Origin: a virus
Lineage: Duplodnaviria > Caudoviricetes
Length of the DNA stretch: 64,000 bases
Virus record (IMG/VR): IMGVR_UViG_3300032226_000829
Strand: one strand, 5' to 3'
Part shown: in pieces, positions 35,167 to 49,000 of the stretch
How the letters are laid out: each line of letters opens with the position of its first letter
Numbering within the stretch: position 1 is the stretch's first letter
The notes under the pieces: generated by a model
What the model was told of the DNA's origin: nothing
Seen by the model: the letters and a program-made list of their open reading frames with translations, nothing else
Database searches by the model: none
Made by a program: the position numbers and the translations under genes

Positions 35167-37398
35167 TCAGATTACTGTTGATGTTAAATTGCTGTGGAAA
35201 GTCCAAGCTCCACCTGAAACTATGAATTGTTTTAATCCTCTGCTAGCAGTGGTGCTAACTACTCCTGTAACAGGGCCAAAAGCCACATCTTGCAGCACAG
35301 TTTTGTTGGAATTACCTACTGCTGGCGTTCTGGTCACTGCAGCACTGCTGGATGTGTACAATGCACCTGATACTGCATCAATAGTAGGAATAGTGGCTGA
35401 AATGTTGATGTCAAATTGTGTGCTGGGAATGGCGTTTTCAATCACTTTGGCCACAGTGTAAGTACCATCAAATCCTGTGGGAGCAAATACTCCTGTGCCT
35501 GAACTGCCAGTGATGGTCACTGTGTTGCCCACTTCATAAAAATGTCCTGATGGTGTGGTGATACGTATATGGCCTGGATCCAACAGAGCAGCACCACTGA
35601 GATATGTTTGAATGGTCTGCACTGTGTTGGGAGCAGCACTCAATGTTTGATCCACTGCTGTGAAAGATTCATCCAGAGCTGATTCAATGTTGGCTCCTGG
35701 AATATTCACTGTTAAAGATCCAAATTCCACTGTGTGTACTCTGGCTATTCTGCCTGCAGCACTGGCTGGTATGCCCAATCCTGCTCCAGCATATCCTGCA
35801 GGTGGATACAGATCAGTTAATAAATTGACGATGCTGCCGTTTACTCCAGCTGACAATGCGGAAAATCCTGTGATGTCCGCCACTAAACTGATGGGCAAGT
35901 AACCATCCACATAATCTTTTCTCACTGCATCTGTGGCAGCTGTGGGTGTTCCTAATCCAGTGATTCTAGCTGAACCTTGAATAGAAATTATATTTGTGGC
36001 TGCTTGTAATTGTAAATTTTGTCCACTTTGGCTGCTCAGTGTGATACCTTGCAATCTTAAATTGTCCACATTCAAAGGTCCTGTTAAAGTACCCAATGAT
36101 GTCAATCCTGGAGCACTGGCAACAGTTGATCCCAATGCAGTTGCAGATAGCACTGTGACGCCATTTATTTTGTATTCTTTGCCTGTGGCTAAATTTACGT
36201 GTTCTGAACTGCTCCAAGCAGTGGTACCTGATTGCCATAATAGTGTTTTATCAGTCACTGATGATTTTAATACAATACCCCCACCTGACACATATGAGTC
36301 ATTGCCCAAAGGTGTTCCAGTGATAGTGGCCAATTCAATGGTTTTGTCTTCCACTCTAAGATCTTCCACAATGGCTGATGTACCTGTGCCTTCAATATTT
36401 AAATTACCTTGAATTCTCACATCACCTGCAATGTCCAAAGTTCTTGTGGGTGTGGTATTGAATATGCCCACTCTACCAGTGCTGGTGGTCAAAGATGTGG
36501 TGTATGTGGTGGCATCTATGTACACAGCTGATACCTCTGCTGGGTTTGACACATTGATTGATATGTCTGATCCACTCACATTATTTTTAATAATGCTAGC
36601 ATTGGGCAAGCTCACACTGCCATATTTCAAAGTTAGATTGTCGTTCAATCCTATGGTGAGTCCGCCGTTGTTTTGAATTTTTAAAGTGCCAGTGGTGATG
36701 TCATTGGCATCAGCCCTCAGCAATGAATCAGCCAATATGGTATTGCCCAGACCATCTATCAATGATTCTGCTTTGAGAGCAATGCCTCTGTATTTGTATG
36801 CTGTGTTGGTTAAATTAAATCCTTGATAAATTATTCCTGTGGGATTACTGCCTGACACCAATTCTGAAATCAATTGACTGATCACTGGAGTAAATTCTAC
36901 CGCACTCCATACTCCTATCAATGTGTTGCCCACAAAAAATTTCAGTATGGTTCTGGTTTGATTTTGTGTGTCCAATTTAGATTCTGTAACAAATCCACTC
37001 ACACCTTGGCTTTCTGTGAAGATAGGACCAACTAAAACCAAGTCTGAACCATCAAAAAATTTCATCTGGTTGTTCAAACTGTCTATCCATATATCTCCAG
37101 CAGCTAGATTGGGCTGTGTGGAACTCACTATGATACCATTGGTGCTGAATTCTGTGCCATTGTAGACTTTCAATCTATTTTCTGATGTGTCATACCACAA
37201 CTGTCCACGCAAAGGATTTGCAGGAGCAGAAGAACTGGCAAAATTTTCCAGCATCTTCACAAAGTTTTCGTTGATCAGTTCTCCAAATCCTTTGTAGTTT
37301 CTTCCTATCAGTGTGATGTCCGACGATTCTGTGTTGATTGTACCGTCAATCAAATCCACCAATAAAGTGCCATCTGTTTTGTTAATTTTATAACTCAT
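35167..37398 (-). CDS. tail fibre / baseplate-attached structural protein
   Basis: Shared N-terminal anchor; Gly/Thr-rich beta repeats; LRVEDKTIEL segment. Confidence 0.7.
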   Translation of the reverse strand: MSYKINKTDGTLLVDLIDGTINTESSDITLIGRNYKGFGELINENFVKMLENFASSSAPANPLRGQLWYDTSENRLKVYNGTEFSTNGIIVSSTQPNLAAGDIWIDSLNNQMKFFDGSDLVLVGPIFTESQGVSGFVTESKLDTQNQTRTILKFFVGNTLIGVWSAVEFTPVISQLISELVSGSNPTGIIYQGFNLTNTAYKYRGIALKAESLIDGLGNTILADSLLRADANDITTGTLKIQNNGGLTIGLNDNLTLKYGSVSLPNASIIKNNVSGSDISINVSNPAEVSAVYIDATTYTTSLTTSTGRVGIFNTTPTRTLDIAGDVRIQGNLNIEGTGTSAIVEDLRVEDKTIELATITGTPLGNDSYVSGGGIVLKSSVTDKTLLWQSGTTAWSSSEHVNLATGKEYKINGVTVLSATALGSTVASAPGLTSLGTLTGPLNVDNLRLQGITLSSQSGQNLQLQAATNIISIQGSARITGLGTPTAATDAVRKDYVDGYLPISLVADITGFSALSAGVNGSIVNLLTDLYPPAGYAGAGLGIPASAAGRIARVHTVEFGSLTVNIPGANIESALDESFTAVDQTLSAAPNTVQTIQTYLSGAALLDPGHIRITTPSGHFYEVGNTVTITGSSGTGVFAPTGFDGTYTVAKVIENAIPSTQFDINISATIPTIDAVSGALYTSSSAAVTRTPAVGNSNKTVLQDVAFGPVTGVVSTTASRGLKQFIVSGGAWTFHSNLTSTVI

Positions 37399-39416
37399 TA
37401 GTTGCTCTGTCCTGTGTAGATAATATAGTTCACTGTGGTGAATGGGTTCATAACATCCTGAGCATTGCCCAAAGATCCTGACAAAACACCTCCGCTGCTG
37501 GGCAATGCAGATCCTTGACCTGATCCTGTGGGAGCGTCATACGTGATTGCTGTGGTTTCTCCTGCGCCTATGCCCGGCACATCTCTAACAGCATAGTATT
37601 GAGCACCTGCTGCTCCTTGTAAATCGTGTTCGTGATCAGGCAAGTTGGTCACTGGAATCACTTTGCTTTCATCACCACCAAATCCGCCCACACTGTCTGC
37701 TGCTGTGGCAGTGACTCTGTTGGCACTGGTTCCGCCCATGTTGTCTTTGCCCAGAGGCATACGGCCTCGTAAATCTGGAGTTCGAAAATATCCTGCTGTA
37801 GCTACGCCAAACGACGAACCTATCACTGCGTATAATTCTGGATAAGTGCCTATCACATATTCTGTGCCATCACACAACAACCAATGTGTGGGTGCTGAGG
37901 ATCCACCAAACGGTGTGATCATACCTGTGGGTATTTTAGCAATGGCATCAAATAGATTGTCTCTACTGATTTTAAAAACGCCTGTGGTACCACTGACTCT
38001 GTTTAAAATAAATTCATCGCTGTTTTGACTGGTGCCTGTGGCAGTTTTGCTGGCTATAAATCCATTACTGATGCTGGTAGCAAAAGTTTTTACTGTGCCT
38101 CCAGTTTGTCCATCAAAAGTAAAACTTGGAGCACTCACATCTCCTGACATTTGAAAAGTGGTCTGACTGGTAAGTTTATTACTGGTTCCAGCTGCTCCAC
38201 TCACTGTACCGCTCACGTTACCTACTAGGTTGCCCACAAATGAATTGGCATAAACGTTTAAAAATCTGTTTGTCACAGTGCCTATGTCATAGGTATTGTT
38301 GTTCACTGTCACAATATTTCTCACTGTGATATCATCTTCAAAAGTTGCAGTATCACCCACACGCAATTGTTTGGCAATGCCCACTCCACCTTTCACAATC
38401 AACGCTCCTGTGCCCACGCTGACACTGTCTGTCACGGCATCCACATACAATTCGCCACTGGCTTTGATATTGCCTGTGACATCCAATGCTTCACTGGGTG
38501 CTAAATTATTGATACCCACGTTGGTGTTGGAATCCAATCTCAATACTGTTTTGGTTGTGCCAGCATCATTCACTCTAAAATCAATGTTGGCTCCTGAAGT
38601 TTTATGACTGAATACTGCTGCTTGACTTTCCACTCCCAGATTGAATATGGCAGTGTTACCCACATCCAAACCTGCATTGTTGTTAATTTTCAATGAAAAA
38701 TCAGCAATGTTGGCTTTGTCTTTTCTTAAAAAATTCGATCCTGCTACCACTTCACTGTTGGCTGCTATCAAAGATTCTGCTTTTTGTGATGTGCCATAAA
38801 ATTTTCCCACTCCTGATCCTTCAATGTCAGCCGAACTGAGATTGAATCCTGGCAGTATGCTGCTGAATCCTGTGATGGAGGCTTTGGGTGTGAAACTTTT
38901 TGTGGAAATTATTGCCACTGGCTTGGCTTCCACTTCAATCAATACCACTGTGTATTCTAAATTGTCTGTGCCTGTGATGGTGTAAGGTTTTGTTCCTGTG
39001 CTGAGTCCTTGACTGAATTCTGGTCCTACCAACACCCAACCAGATCCTGTGAATAGATACAATTGCTGATTGTCTGTGTCCACCCAAAGATCACCTACCA
39101 CACTTTGTCCTGCCAAAGGTTGAGTGGGTGCTTTTTTTAATCCTCCTGCAGCAACAAAATTAGTTCCGTCATAAACTTTTAATTGATCCACTCCCACTGT
39201 GGTATCATACCACAGTTGTCCTTCCACAGGATTTACTGGAGCTGAGTTGTTGGCAAAATTTTCTAATAAATGTAAAAAATTTTCTGCTATGATGGTTCCA
39301 TATGATGTGGTGTTACGTCCTGGTAAAGGAAGACTGGTTTGTTGATTGACTGTGCCGTCATCCACTGTGAGACTGCCTTTGCCTACCACATCTGTAAAAT
39401 TTACTGTGTATGCCAT
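37398..39416 (-). CDS. short tail fibre-like protein with a phage tail collar domain
   Basis: PTGMITPFGG...WLLCDG...YPELYAVIG...PDLRGR collar motif; shared N-terminal anchor. Confidence 0.85.
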   Translation of the reverse strand: MAYTVNFTDVVGKGSLTVDDGTVNQQTSLPLPGRNTTSYGTIIAENFLHLLENFANNSAPVNPVEGQLWYDTTVGVDQLKVYDGTNFVAAGGLKKAPTQPLAGQSVVGDLWVDTDNQQLYLFTGSGWVLVGPEFSQGLSTGTKPYTITGTDNLEYTVVLIEVEAKPVAIISTKSFTPKASITGFSSILPGFNLSSADIEGSGVGKFYGTSQKAESLIAANSEVVAGSNFLRKDKANIADFSLKINNNAGLDVGNTAIFNLGVESQAAVFSHKTSGANIDFRVNDAGTTKTVLRLDSNTNVGINNLAPSEALDVTGNIKASGELYVDAVTDSVSVGTGALIVKGGVGIAKQLRVGDTATFEDDITVRNIVTVNNNTYDIGTVTNRFLNVYANSFVGNLVGNVSGTVSGAAGTSNKLTSQTTFQMSGDVSAPSFTFDGQTGGTVKTFATSISNGFIASKTATGTSQNSDEFILNRVSGTTGVFKISRDNLFDAIAKIPTGMITPFGGSSAPTHWLLCDGTEYVIGTYPELYAVIGSSFGVATAGYFRTPDLRGRMPLGKDNMGGTSANRVTATAADSVGGFGGDESKVIPVTNLPDHEHDLQGAAGAQYYAVRDVPGIGAGETTAITYDAPTGSGQGSALPSSGGVLSGSLGNAQDVMNPFTTVNYIIYTGQSN

Positions 39417-39423
39417 CTATCTA

Positions 39424-40029
39424 TTAAACTCCTGAAAGGCTTTGTATTCTAACTGTGTAATCTATTTGTATTAATCTGTTTAAACTTTTTTGTACAGGGT
39501 GAAAAATTACATGTGTTAATAATCTTCCTGTGCCTGAACTGGAATAACTTCTTAATCCTAATTCATCAAACACATATAAACTTTCTGTGCCTGTGGCTGC
39601 ATCCACTGCATCTTGACCGCTGGGCTCACCATAGTCCAATAAACATGTGACTAAAATATCTGTGTAGTTGGTTCCATTCACGTGACGTGTTTCAATCTTA
39701 TTTCTCACTGGATCAGTGTTGCTCACTGAACGATCATCCACCACTTTGCTGAATGTTTGATTGTACAACGCAGCGTTGGTTCCTGTGCTGTTGGGAGTTA
39801 GATAAGTCACGATACCTGTGGGATCAATATAGGTACCTCCGGTACCAAACACCATGGAATTGATAAATCCCTGACCTTCATTGGCCAAACTTTCTGCCAT
39901 TGCTATGCTCATGTTTTCATAGTGAATAGCATTGCGTTTGTTCACCAATATTTCACCTGTTTTTGGGTCGTGTATTTTGATATGTCCTTGTATCAATGTG
40001 CCGTTGTATTCTTTGAATTTATCTATCAT
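39424..40029 (-). CDS. virion/baseplate structural protein (201 aa)
   Basis: GHIKIHD...NAIH, FDELGL, THVIFHPVQKS; position and TAAATA upstream. Confidence 0.65.
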   Translation of the reverse strand: MIDKFKEYNGTLIQGHIKIHDPKTGEILVNKRNAIHYENMSIAMAESLANEGQGFINSMVFGTGGTYIDPTGIVTYLTPNSTGTNAALYNQTFSKVVDDRSVSNTDPVRNKIETRHVNGTNYTDILVTCLLDYGEPSGQDAVDAATGTESLYVFDELGLRSYSSSGTGRLLTHVIFHPVQKSLNRLIQIDYTVRIQSLSGV

Positions 40030-40051
40030 AATATCCTTTTGTACATTGTAT

Positions 40052-43000
40052 TTATTGCGGCAAACTCACTTCTTTTGCACGCAAGAATCTTGCTATGTCA
40101 TTCTCCGTTTGACTCAAAGGAGTGCTGTTGTTCCATAATTTACCTATCCTACGCACCACAATAATCTTGGTATTTACTGGTGGTGCCACCAATAAAGTGC
40201 AGATAGTGGATGTGCCTGACACACTGAATTCAGCTGGTAAGATCACATCTGCTTCAGGACTGTCCATGCCCAAAGTGGCATTGTAGCTACGGATGCTGTT
40301 TTTTCTCAATCTACGGCCTGCCACAAACACTTCAAACTCATTCACTGACTGAGGTATCCAACTTAAAGTGATGTTTTCAGTGGATCCATCACTGGTGAAT
40401 ATTTCGGTAATGGTTTCATCTTTGTAAGGTACTGTTTGGAATGCTGATTGATCAAACACTTCAGTGCCCGATTCATAATTGTCTTTGACACCTGTGCCCA
40501 GTGTGCCTCTGCGCAGTTGACCCACTCTGTCTGCAAACAACAAGAAGTATTCTATTCTTTCTCCATCAATAAACAACACTCCTGGTCTACCCAAACTCAC
40601 GTTTGGTTCTGTTAATCCCACTGTATCGCTTAATAATATTTCTTGACTGTACCAATGCAATGTTTGAGTAAGATAATATTTGTTATCATTGCCCAAACGT
40701 TTGTAATGTGTTCTGTTCAGCATATCCTTGAACTGTCTGAAACCAAATTTGGACACATATTTGGGTGCAGTAAAATGTATAATATCTATCACATCATTGG
40801 CTTGAATGGTAGATTTAATTTTTAATGTTTGTTGATCATTGGATACTTTGTAATCCACGCTGGGAGACAACACTGTGCCATTGATGGCCACCCAAACATA
40901 CTGTGCATCCACAGCTGATTGTCTCAATCTCACAATACCATTGGTTAAATTTTGATATTCAAAATAATTGTTGGAATTTACCACCAATGTGTCTCTGGCA
41001 ATGATATCATAATTTGTTCTTTCTATCTGCAACACATCATGATTGGTAAACTGCCAAACTTTAATAGTTTGTCCCAATGTGGGTGCTGTGTCCAAAGTCA
41101 AAGTGTATCCACCAGATCCGCCTATCACATAATCACCGTCACTGATCACATACACTTTTAAAATGTCTCCCACAGTGCCTATGCCAGCTTCCAACACCAC
41201 ACTGCTGTTGGCACTTTCCCAACGATATTCCACAGAGTTTAATTCTACACCATTCAAAAATGCTCTCACATCAGTTCTCAGTACTGAGCCAAAAGGTTGT
41301 TGCCAACTTTTGAGAGCATATTCTCTCACTGCTGTGACATTGAATCTTTCATTGTAACCAGCATTTAAAATATTGTTGCCCACTTTCACTATCACGTTGT
41401 GTGTCAAAGGTTCTTGATTGAAAGGAGTTTGACTCAGATCATACACAATGGTCGAACCATCACCAGTGAATTCATCATAGGTTACTTCACTGAATGTTTT
41501 GCTGACGCTGCTGTAAATCACATAAGTGATCACACTGCCCACTGCTGGAGGCACTGCAAATCTTATCAGTGTTTTATTGGTGTATTGATAACCACTGTCG
41601 GTTTCTTCCAACACATAAGTTGCTGTTTGTCCATTTACCTTCACAAAAGAGGATTGATTGATATTGAATTTTGCTCTGGTCACAAATATAAATGTGCTGC
41701 CATCTCCTGTGAATACATCTGTGTCCACAATTTTTTCACCATTCATGCTCATAGTGATGATATTGATTTGAGCATTGTTGGCTGGCACACTGTTCAATAC
41801 TACTGTTTTGTTGGCAAAGTTTGTGGTAAAGGCTGAATTGTCCAATATCTGATTGTTCACTTTGACAAACACACCTTCTTGACTTTGTGGCAATGAGTCT
41901 ATGGCAAACACAGCCGTGCTGCCATCACCTAAATAATTGTAACTGTTGATTCTGCTGCCGGTTTCTCCTGATCTATCATACACCTGTATGTCCACAGTGT
42001 CCAATACCTGTCCTGGCACCAATTCTTCTGGACCTTTGCTGGTGGTAGGAGTCACAAATCCATCACCATCCACAATGATATCTTGTGATAAAATTCCTGT
42101 TGCTGTGTTGTAGGCCAGATCACCACCCTGCAGCAGTGTGTCATAGGCATCTGGGTCTGGCAAGAAGCTGCCATCACTGGTGCTTTTGCGTATCACTATC
42201 ACATCATTGGCCACTGTGGGTATCAATTGTTCATTTATTTGAATCACTGTGGTTGATCCATCACCTTGAATGGTTTTCATCAATGCGTTGGGATTGGTCA
42301 CTGGTTGAGCAGTGCCGTAGTTAGGATCATCTATTCTCACACCGTTCTTGTAGATGTTGTAGATTGCTCCTGCAGACAACGCTTGACTCAAATTAAATGT
42401 ATTGGTACTGCCGTCCAATCTAAACACTTCATCTTCATAAGTGGTGTCATAGGTATCCCAAGTGGTGGTAAAATATGGTTCTGAATCCCATCCTGTGCCA
42501 CCGCCAAATGACAAGCTGCGCACTTCCACTCCACCGTAGTCTATGCCTTCTATCAGTTGAGCCAAATCGTTGCCCAACATGCCTGTGATAGGTTCATATA
42601 GATGATTCACTCTGTCTTGAGTTTGCAGCACATTGGCATCTATCTCATATTGAATTTGAATAGCACTGCCCAATGCTGGTGGTTGTTCAAAAGTTATTCT
42701 GCCTTGAGTTCTCAAGTATGATTTTGTGTTGTCTTCTTCGTTACTGTACACATACTCGCTGAACAACGCAGGTCTTTGATTCACTATCACTTTGACTTTG
42801 CTGGATTTGAGATTGATGGGCCATTTCAAAGAGTATGTCAATTGATTGCCTGTGCCCACAAAAGTTTCTGTTCTTGTTAGATTGCTGATCAATAAAGTGC
42901 CAGTGGTTCTATCAAATTTAACTCTGATGTGTGTGGATTTGATCAATGAATCTCCCAATATGGCCACTGCTTGACCTGCCACACCTGTGGTGGACAATGA

Positions 43001-46000
43001 GCCAGATATGTTCACTGTGGGTGCTGATAGATAACCAGATCCTGAATCCACTATCTGAATGTGTGTTAATCTGCCATTGCTCACGAATGCTTTGGCTGTG
43101 GCTCCTGTGCCTCCACCACCTGTGATGGTAATCGTAGGAGTTCCCAAATATCCACTGCCCACATTGGATATTTTAATTGTTGTGACTTTGAATCCCACAT
43201 TATCCAACCAGTGTTTGTTGGGATAAATGCTGGTGATATTTGAATTTGCAATTTGATCATTGATAACTTTGGCATAACTCACCACAATTTTTTTAGATAC
43301 TGGATCATAAGTGGCTGGTAGATCAAAATCAGTGACATTTACTCTGGAATTATCAATGGATTCATAAGCACTGATGTATTCTCTCACTTTGGTTTTGTAA
43401 GGTTTTACTTCATTGATGTAATCTTGATAATTGGATAAATTATCATTTTTATAAACCACACGCTGATTAAGTTCCCCCACATTGTGTTGAGCTTTGACAA
43501 AACTAGTTTTGAATGCCCAATCCACAAAAGATTGTTCAGAAAACACATATCTCAAACTGGAGAAGAATAATTTATTGTATTCCACTTCCAATTCATCCAC
43601 AAAAATGTTGTCTCTTAAAGTTTCTAAAATGATTCTTGTTTCTGTGATGGGTTGATTGTCATAAACTGTGACATCATAACTGGTACTGTTGAATCCCACA
43701 GTGGATTGAGAAAAATTATATAAAGAATTAGAAAATTGCACAGTTCCATTCTGTCTACCTATGGTTTTGTAATTAATTGTGTAGTCCACATCATTTTGAT
43801 TGTCAATTTTTTCTAATAATACCCAACCACCAGTGCCTACGTTTTCAATTTTAACAATATCTCCCAATTCATCATTGATTAATAAAAGTTTGTAGCTGTC
43901 TGACACTGTGTGATTAACTTCAGTAAATTTACTGTAACCCACACTGTACCAATCATCATAACTCCAATGCTGATTAACATTGTATTTTTGAGATAAAATT
44001 CTTTGCCATTCCAACAAATCAGAGTCCCATTGATGAATGGACCATTTATTACCGATTTCAGAATCTGATTGTATCAACACACTGAATTTTCTCACTTCAA
44101 TTCTTGTGTTGGCACTGTAGTTGCTGCCTTGTTTGTTCACTGTGACTGATGTGATCTGTCCTGATATGTTGATTTCAAACTCTAATTCAGCACCTGATCC
44201 TGTTCCTGGTGAATCAATAATTTTATATGTTGGAACTACTCTGTAACCTCTGCCAGGATTCACTATAGACACATCAACAATTTTATTGTTTTGTATCACA
44301 GGAATCAATACTGCTTGTTCAATGTTAGCTGTGCCCACGAATGATAAGTCAGCCAATGTGTCTTTGGTTAAATCATACAATCTTGTTATGGTGCTGGGAG
44401 ATTCCTCAAATTCATTCAGTCTGCTGATGTCACGTGTGTCTGTGATTAAATTTGTTTTACAAACAGCATTTACTCTTTCAATCACTTGTTTGAGTGCTTC
44501 AATACGATTGACAAACCATCCTTGTCTAGGTTTTCTCAATGTGCCATATTTGTATTTGAAACTTAAATCTTCATCTGGCACTGATCTGAATTGTTCATCA
44601 TAACCAATCAAACTGTTGAACCAAACAGCTTCAATTTCTTTTTTGGGTTTGCTGTATGGAATTCCTTCACTGATCAATTGAAATTCATTGTGAATGTTGA
44701 TGTCTTGATTTTTAATGGTCCAAATTTTAAAGTTTATTGCTATGTCTTTGTTTTCCAAAAAATTATCAATGTTGTTCACAGCAAATTGATTTTTAGACAA
44801 CAGCGACACAAACTTATAGCCTTGTTTTTTAGGATCTTCTATCAATTGAAACACTTCATAAGCACTTAATTTTCTGCTGTCAATGTTGGGTAATATTTTT
44901 TTATTTTTAACCCAATAGTAATATCTATTGCTAAAACTATTGGAAATAAAATCATAAACTTGTTTGGACACATACACTGAATTGTTATATTTGGTTGTGC
45001 CGCTGATTCCCAAAACAATTCCTTGTTTGGTATCGGATAAATTATTCCATTCTGTGGGCAAGTATTTGGATTCCACCCATTCATACACATCTATGGAAGA
45101 ACCTGGAAATATTTTATTCCAATAATTGGTTGTAAAAATAATATTGCCTTGATTGGCATCATAAAATTTTACAGTGCTTAAATCCCACCACAATCTACCC
45201 ACTTGTTCTTTGTGCCAACTGTTTTGAGCATCAATGCTCAATCCGCTGATACCCACGGTGTACACTGCAGGATCATAGTAAGTTTTGTAATATAACTCTT
45301 GTTCAGCTATGCCAGCAATTTTGCCTTGAATAGGATCTATATAATCTAATTTTTGCAATAACTTATTGTTCTTTGTATTGTATAGAAAAATTTCTTTTAT
45401 CTTGTCAACATCAACAGACATCACAGGAGTTTTATGAGCATTCCATGTTTGAGTTAGATTTGGTTTTCTAAAATCAAAAATTAATCCTTCAGTGTAAGGA
45501 GAACTGTGATCATTTAGATAGTTGGATAAAGAAGCATACACATGATTGTTGTTAATTTTTATATTTTTTCCAAAATTAACAAGATCTTGATCATTCACGC
45601 TGAATTCATCAGCAAACACAAATACATTATTGAAGTTTTCATACACATATATAGACCCAGTGTCCAATAATTTATTATTGAATGTGGTGGCACCAGCATC
45701 AAAATATGTGTTGTTGGTGTCCAAAGAAAAATTAATCTCCATGTCACCATTGAGACTGGAAATTGCCAATGTGTCACCATCAAAATCTAAATTAGTTCCA
45801 AATTTTTCTGTGGTTTGAGGTTGAGGACTGGTGAGTGTTTGAGTATTGACATATACTCCATTGGTTTGTTTGAATACATACACCACTCCGCCATCAGTGG
45901 CTGTTTGATCTGCTTGCGGACTGCCCACTGCTATGAACATGCCGTCATTGCTGACTGCCACAGCATTGGCAAAATCTGTGTTGTCTTCTCCACTGTCTGG

Positions 46001-49000
46001 TGAAATCAATGTTTGTGAATATTGATATCTGCCATTCACCAATCTATATATCACTACCTTATTTTGTGTGGGTGAACTGCTGTCTATAAAATCTATCACG
46101 GACACTGCCAACACTGAACCTGAATCGTTCACATCAAATGTGTATCCAAAATTTTGCAATTGACTGATGTTGATTGTGGAATCCCCTTCCAATGTGGGAG
46201 TAGAATCATCATTGGGATCATGAGGCACATATCCTTGATAATCTATGCCTTCAGTCTGTGGTTGCCAAAAAGTAGACACAAAGCTGGATGGTCCTTGATT
46301 GGTCAAACTCTTGTATATGATATTATTATAAGCTATCAAATCATTGGTACGATAGACTGAACTGATATCAAACAGTCCTGTGTAATTGGGATCCACACTC
46401 AAATTCCAGTTTTGTGTGCTGGATTTTTTAACAAAATAAATTTTACCAGTGTCTGTGGCAGTGGCTGCTGAACTCACATACAGCGTGGTCACAGCATTGT
46501 GTTGTCTTAAAATAGTTTTTAAACCCAAGTTTGTACCGTTGTTCATGTTAGGCACAAGGTAAGAACTGGTCAATGCATAATTGCCATTGGTCAATCTTTC
46601 ATAAATCAAGAATAATCCTTGATTGGTCAATGCCGAAGTATATCCAAGACCAGCTGGAATATTGAACACTTGTTCATAATCTCTATTAATTCTGGAAGGC
46701 ACACTGGCTGCTCTGCTCACTCCATCCTGTGTGATATCTTGATACAAATAATATTCCAAACCATTTATAAAATGATATGCGCTGTTGCTGGTAGGAACTA
46801 GAGCAGATCCTTGATCAAACACAAACAATGAGCCCACCACTGCATCTTCCAATTCACTGCGTTGAATCACTCCCACAGTTCTATTTGGCGTGCCGATCAA
46901 TGTCAAATTGACTGGCGGACCAAAGTCAGTGCCCACACTGAACGATCCAGTTTTATTTTTGACATAAATCTGTAATACATTAAAGCCCACCACTTTAACA
47001 TAGGTAACTTCTGCTTGACTGCCTGTGGCATCATCCTGCACAGTGTCACCCACTGTGGGCACATAGAATGTTCCCAAACCATCTGGTTGTGCCAACACTC
47101 TTAAAAAACCATTCCATACATCAATTATTTCTTTCACACCATTGAGATCCTCAAAAGGTAGATCCAAAGCAGTGGGTTCTGTCACTGATAGAGGAACTCC
47201 TGTCTGTATGGTGTTGAACCAAACTCCCACTTCATCATAGGTAGCCGTAGGCAGCACATCACTCATTGCTTTGGGTGCTCTGATCAAATATCTGCTGTCG
47301 TCAATGCTGCCTGTGAATGCACTGTAACCTGGAATAGTGAATTGCTTGTCATAGGTCAGTATGCTTAACTGACTGGCAGGTGTGATAATAGTTGGCAATA
47401 CTGATTGTGATTGTTGTGTGTCTAAACTGTTGAAATACAAGAAAGCTGTGCGAGGATCGCCCGCTTTGATAATGTCTCGTATCACCAATGATTTTTTTGA
47501 GTCAGCTTGAGCTGAAACTGTGCCAGGAGAAGGTATGTTGATCAACCACCATCCTGCCAATGTGAGATCATAATCTTCTGCAATCACTCTGGTATAATCT
47601 CCCACAGGAAACACGCCTAATTTGATCTGATCTGAATCAGCAAAATTTCCATTCACATTGCTGAGATATATGATAGACTGTGTGCCTTGACTGAATACAT
47701 AAACAACTTCTCCATCTGCATCTTCAGTGCTGAGTGTGTCTCCGACTGTTGGAGTCAGAAGAGTCAAATCTATGTTGATAATTTCATCCACTTTCTCTTG
47801 AATGGTATGAGCACCATCAATAAAAGTTTTGTCAATGCCTGTGGCTGTGCCATTGAATGGTGTGTTGCCAGTGGGATATTCAGTGGTCAAATTATTCCAA
47901 TACAACACCAAAGTGTCGCCCACTGCACTGCCTCTGTATTGTTGTGAGCCAGCTCGGATCAATAGATGATCAGTGCTCACTCCTGCTACGGAATAGTTGC
48001 CTGTGATCATCTGTTTGATTGTGGGATAAACATTTATGCCCGCATCAAATTCAACTTCACTCCAAAAACTTGCAGCGTCAAATGTGGTGAAATCCACTGA
48101 AGGATCTTGACCCAACACTGGGTTTACCACTTTCCACAATTGTTCTTTGTGTTTCACAATATCACCCACATCGTATGCAGTGATTGTTGAATAATTGCCT
48201 TTGTAATAACTTCTAACTTGAGAAGCCTTGGGCGCTCCCACCACAATATATTTCCCGTCAGCACTGATGTCTAAACTTGCACCAAAATCAGCATTGCCAG
48301 TCCAAATGTTTTGTGGCACATCGATCACTTGTCTCAGAGTGAACTGTCCAGAATCTGATCCTCTTTTATAAATGTAAATTCCTAGATTTAGATCAGACAC
48401 TGCCATCACATTGTTGCTGCCATCCACGCTCATGGCTGTGCCATATGATGCCATAGAATCTGTGTTAAAGTTGACAATCTGCTGATGATTTTGCCAAACT
48501 TTATTATTTTTTAAAGTGACCCATTCAGCATTGTTGTCATCTTCCACCCAAAACAGATCATTGTTTTTGAATCCACCCGAGTCTTGGGCCTTGGCGTTGA
48601 TGGATTCTAAATTTGAAAGTTTGTTGCTGACAAAGGTACCCAAGTATCCATAAGAAGATCCATCATTCACGGTCAACACTGTGTTGCCGTTTTTATGACA
48701 TACTATTTGATCCAGTGACACAGTTTTTACTTTGAACAGTTGTTTGGAATTCTGTTGTGGTATGCTCACAGATATTATGTCATCCACAGACACATTGCTG
48801 TACAAATCTGTTACCACAGTGACCAAATTGTTGGCTTCAGTCACCGATAAAACTTTATAATCTGTTTTGATATGTTTGTAAACCTGCCAACTTTGTTTGA
48901 AAAATCCAATCCACACATATTGATCAAATTTAAGTTTGGCAGTGTCAATGGATAGTATGTCATCATAATTTTTTAAAATAAAATCCACATCATTGGGATC

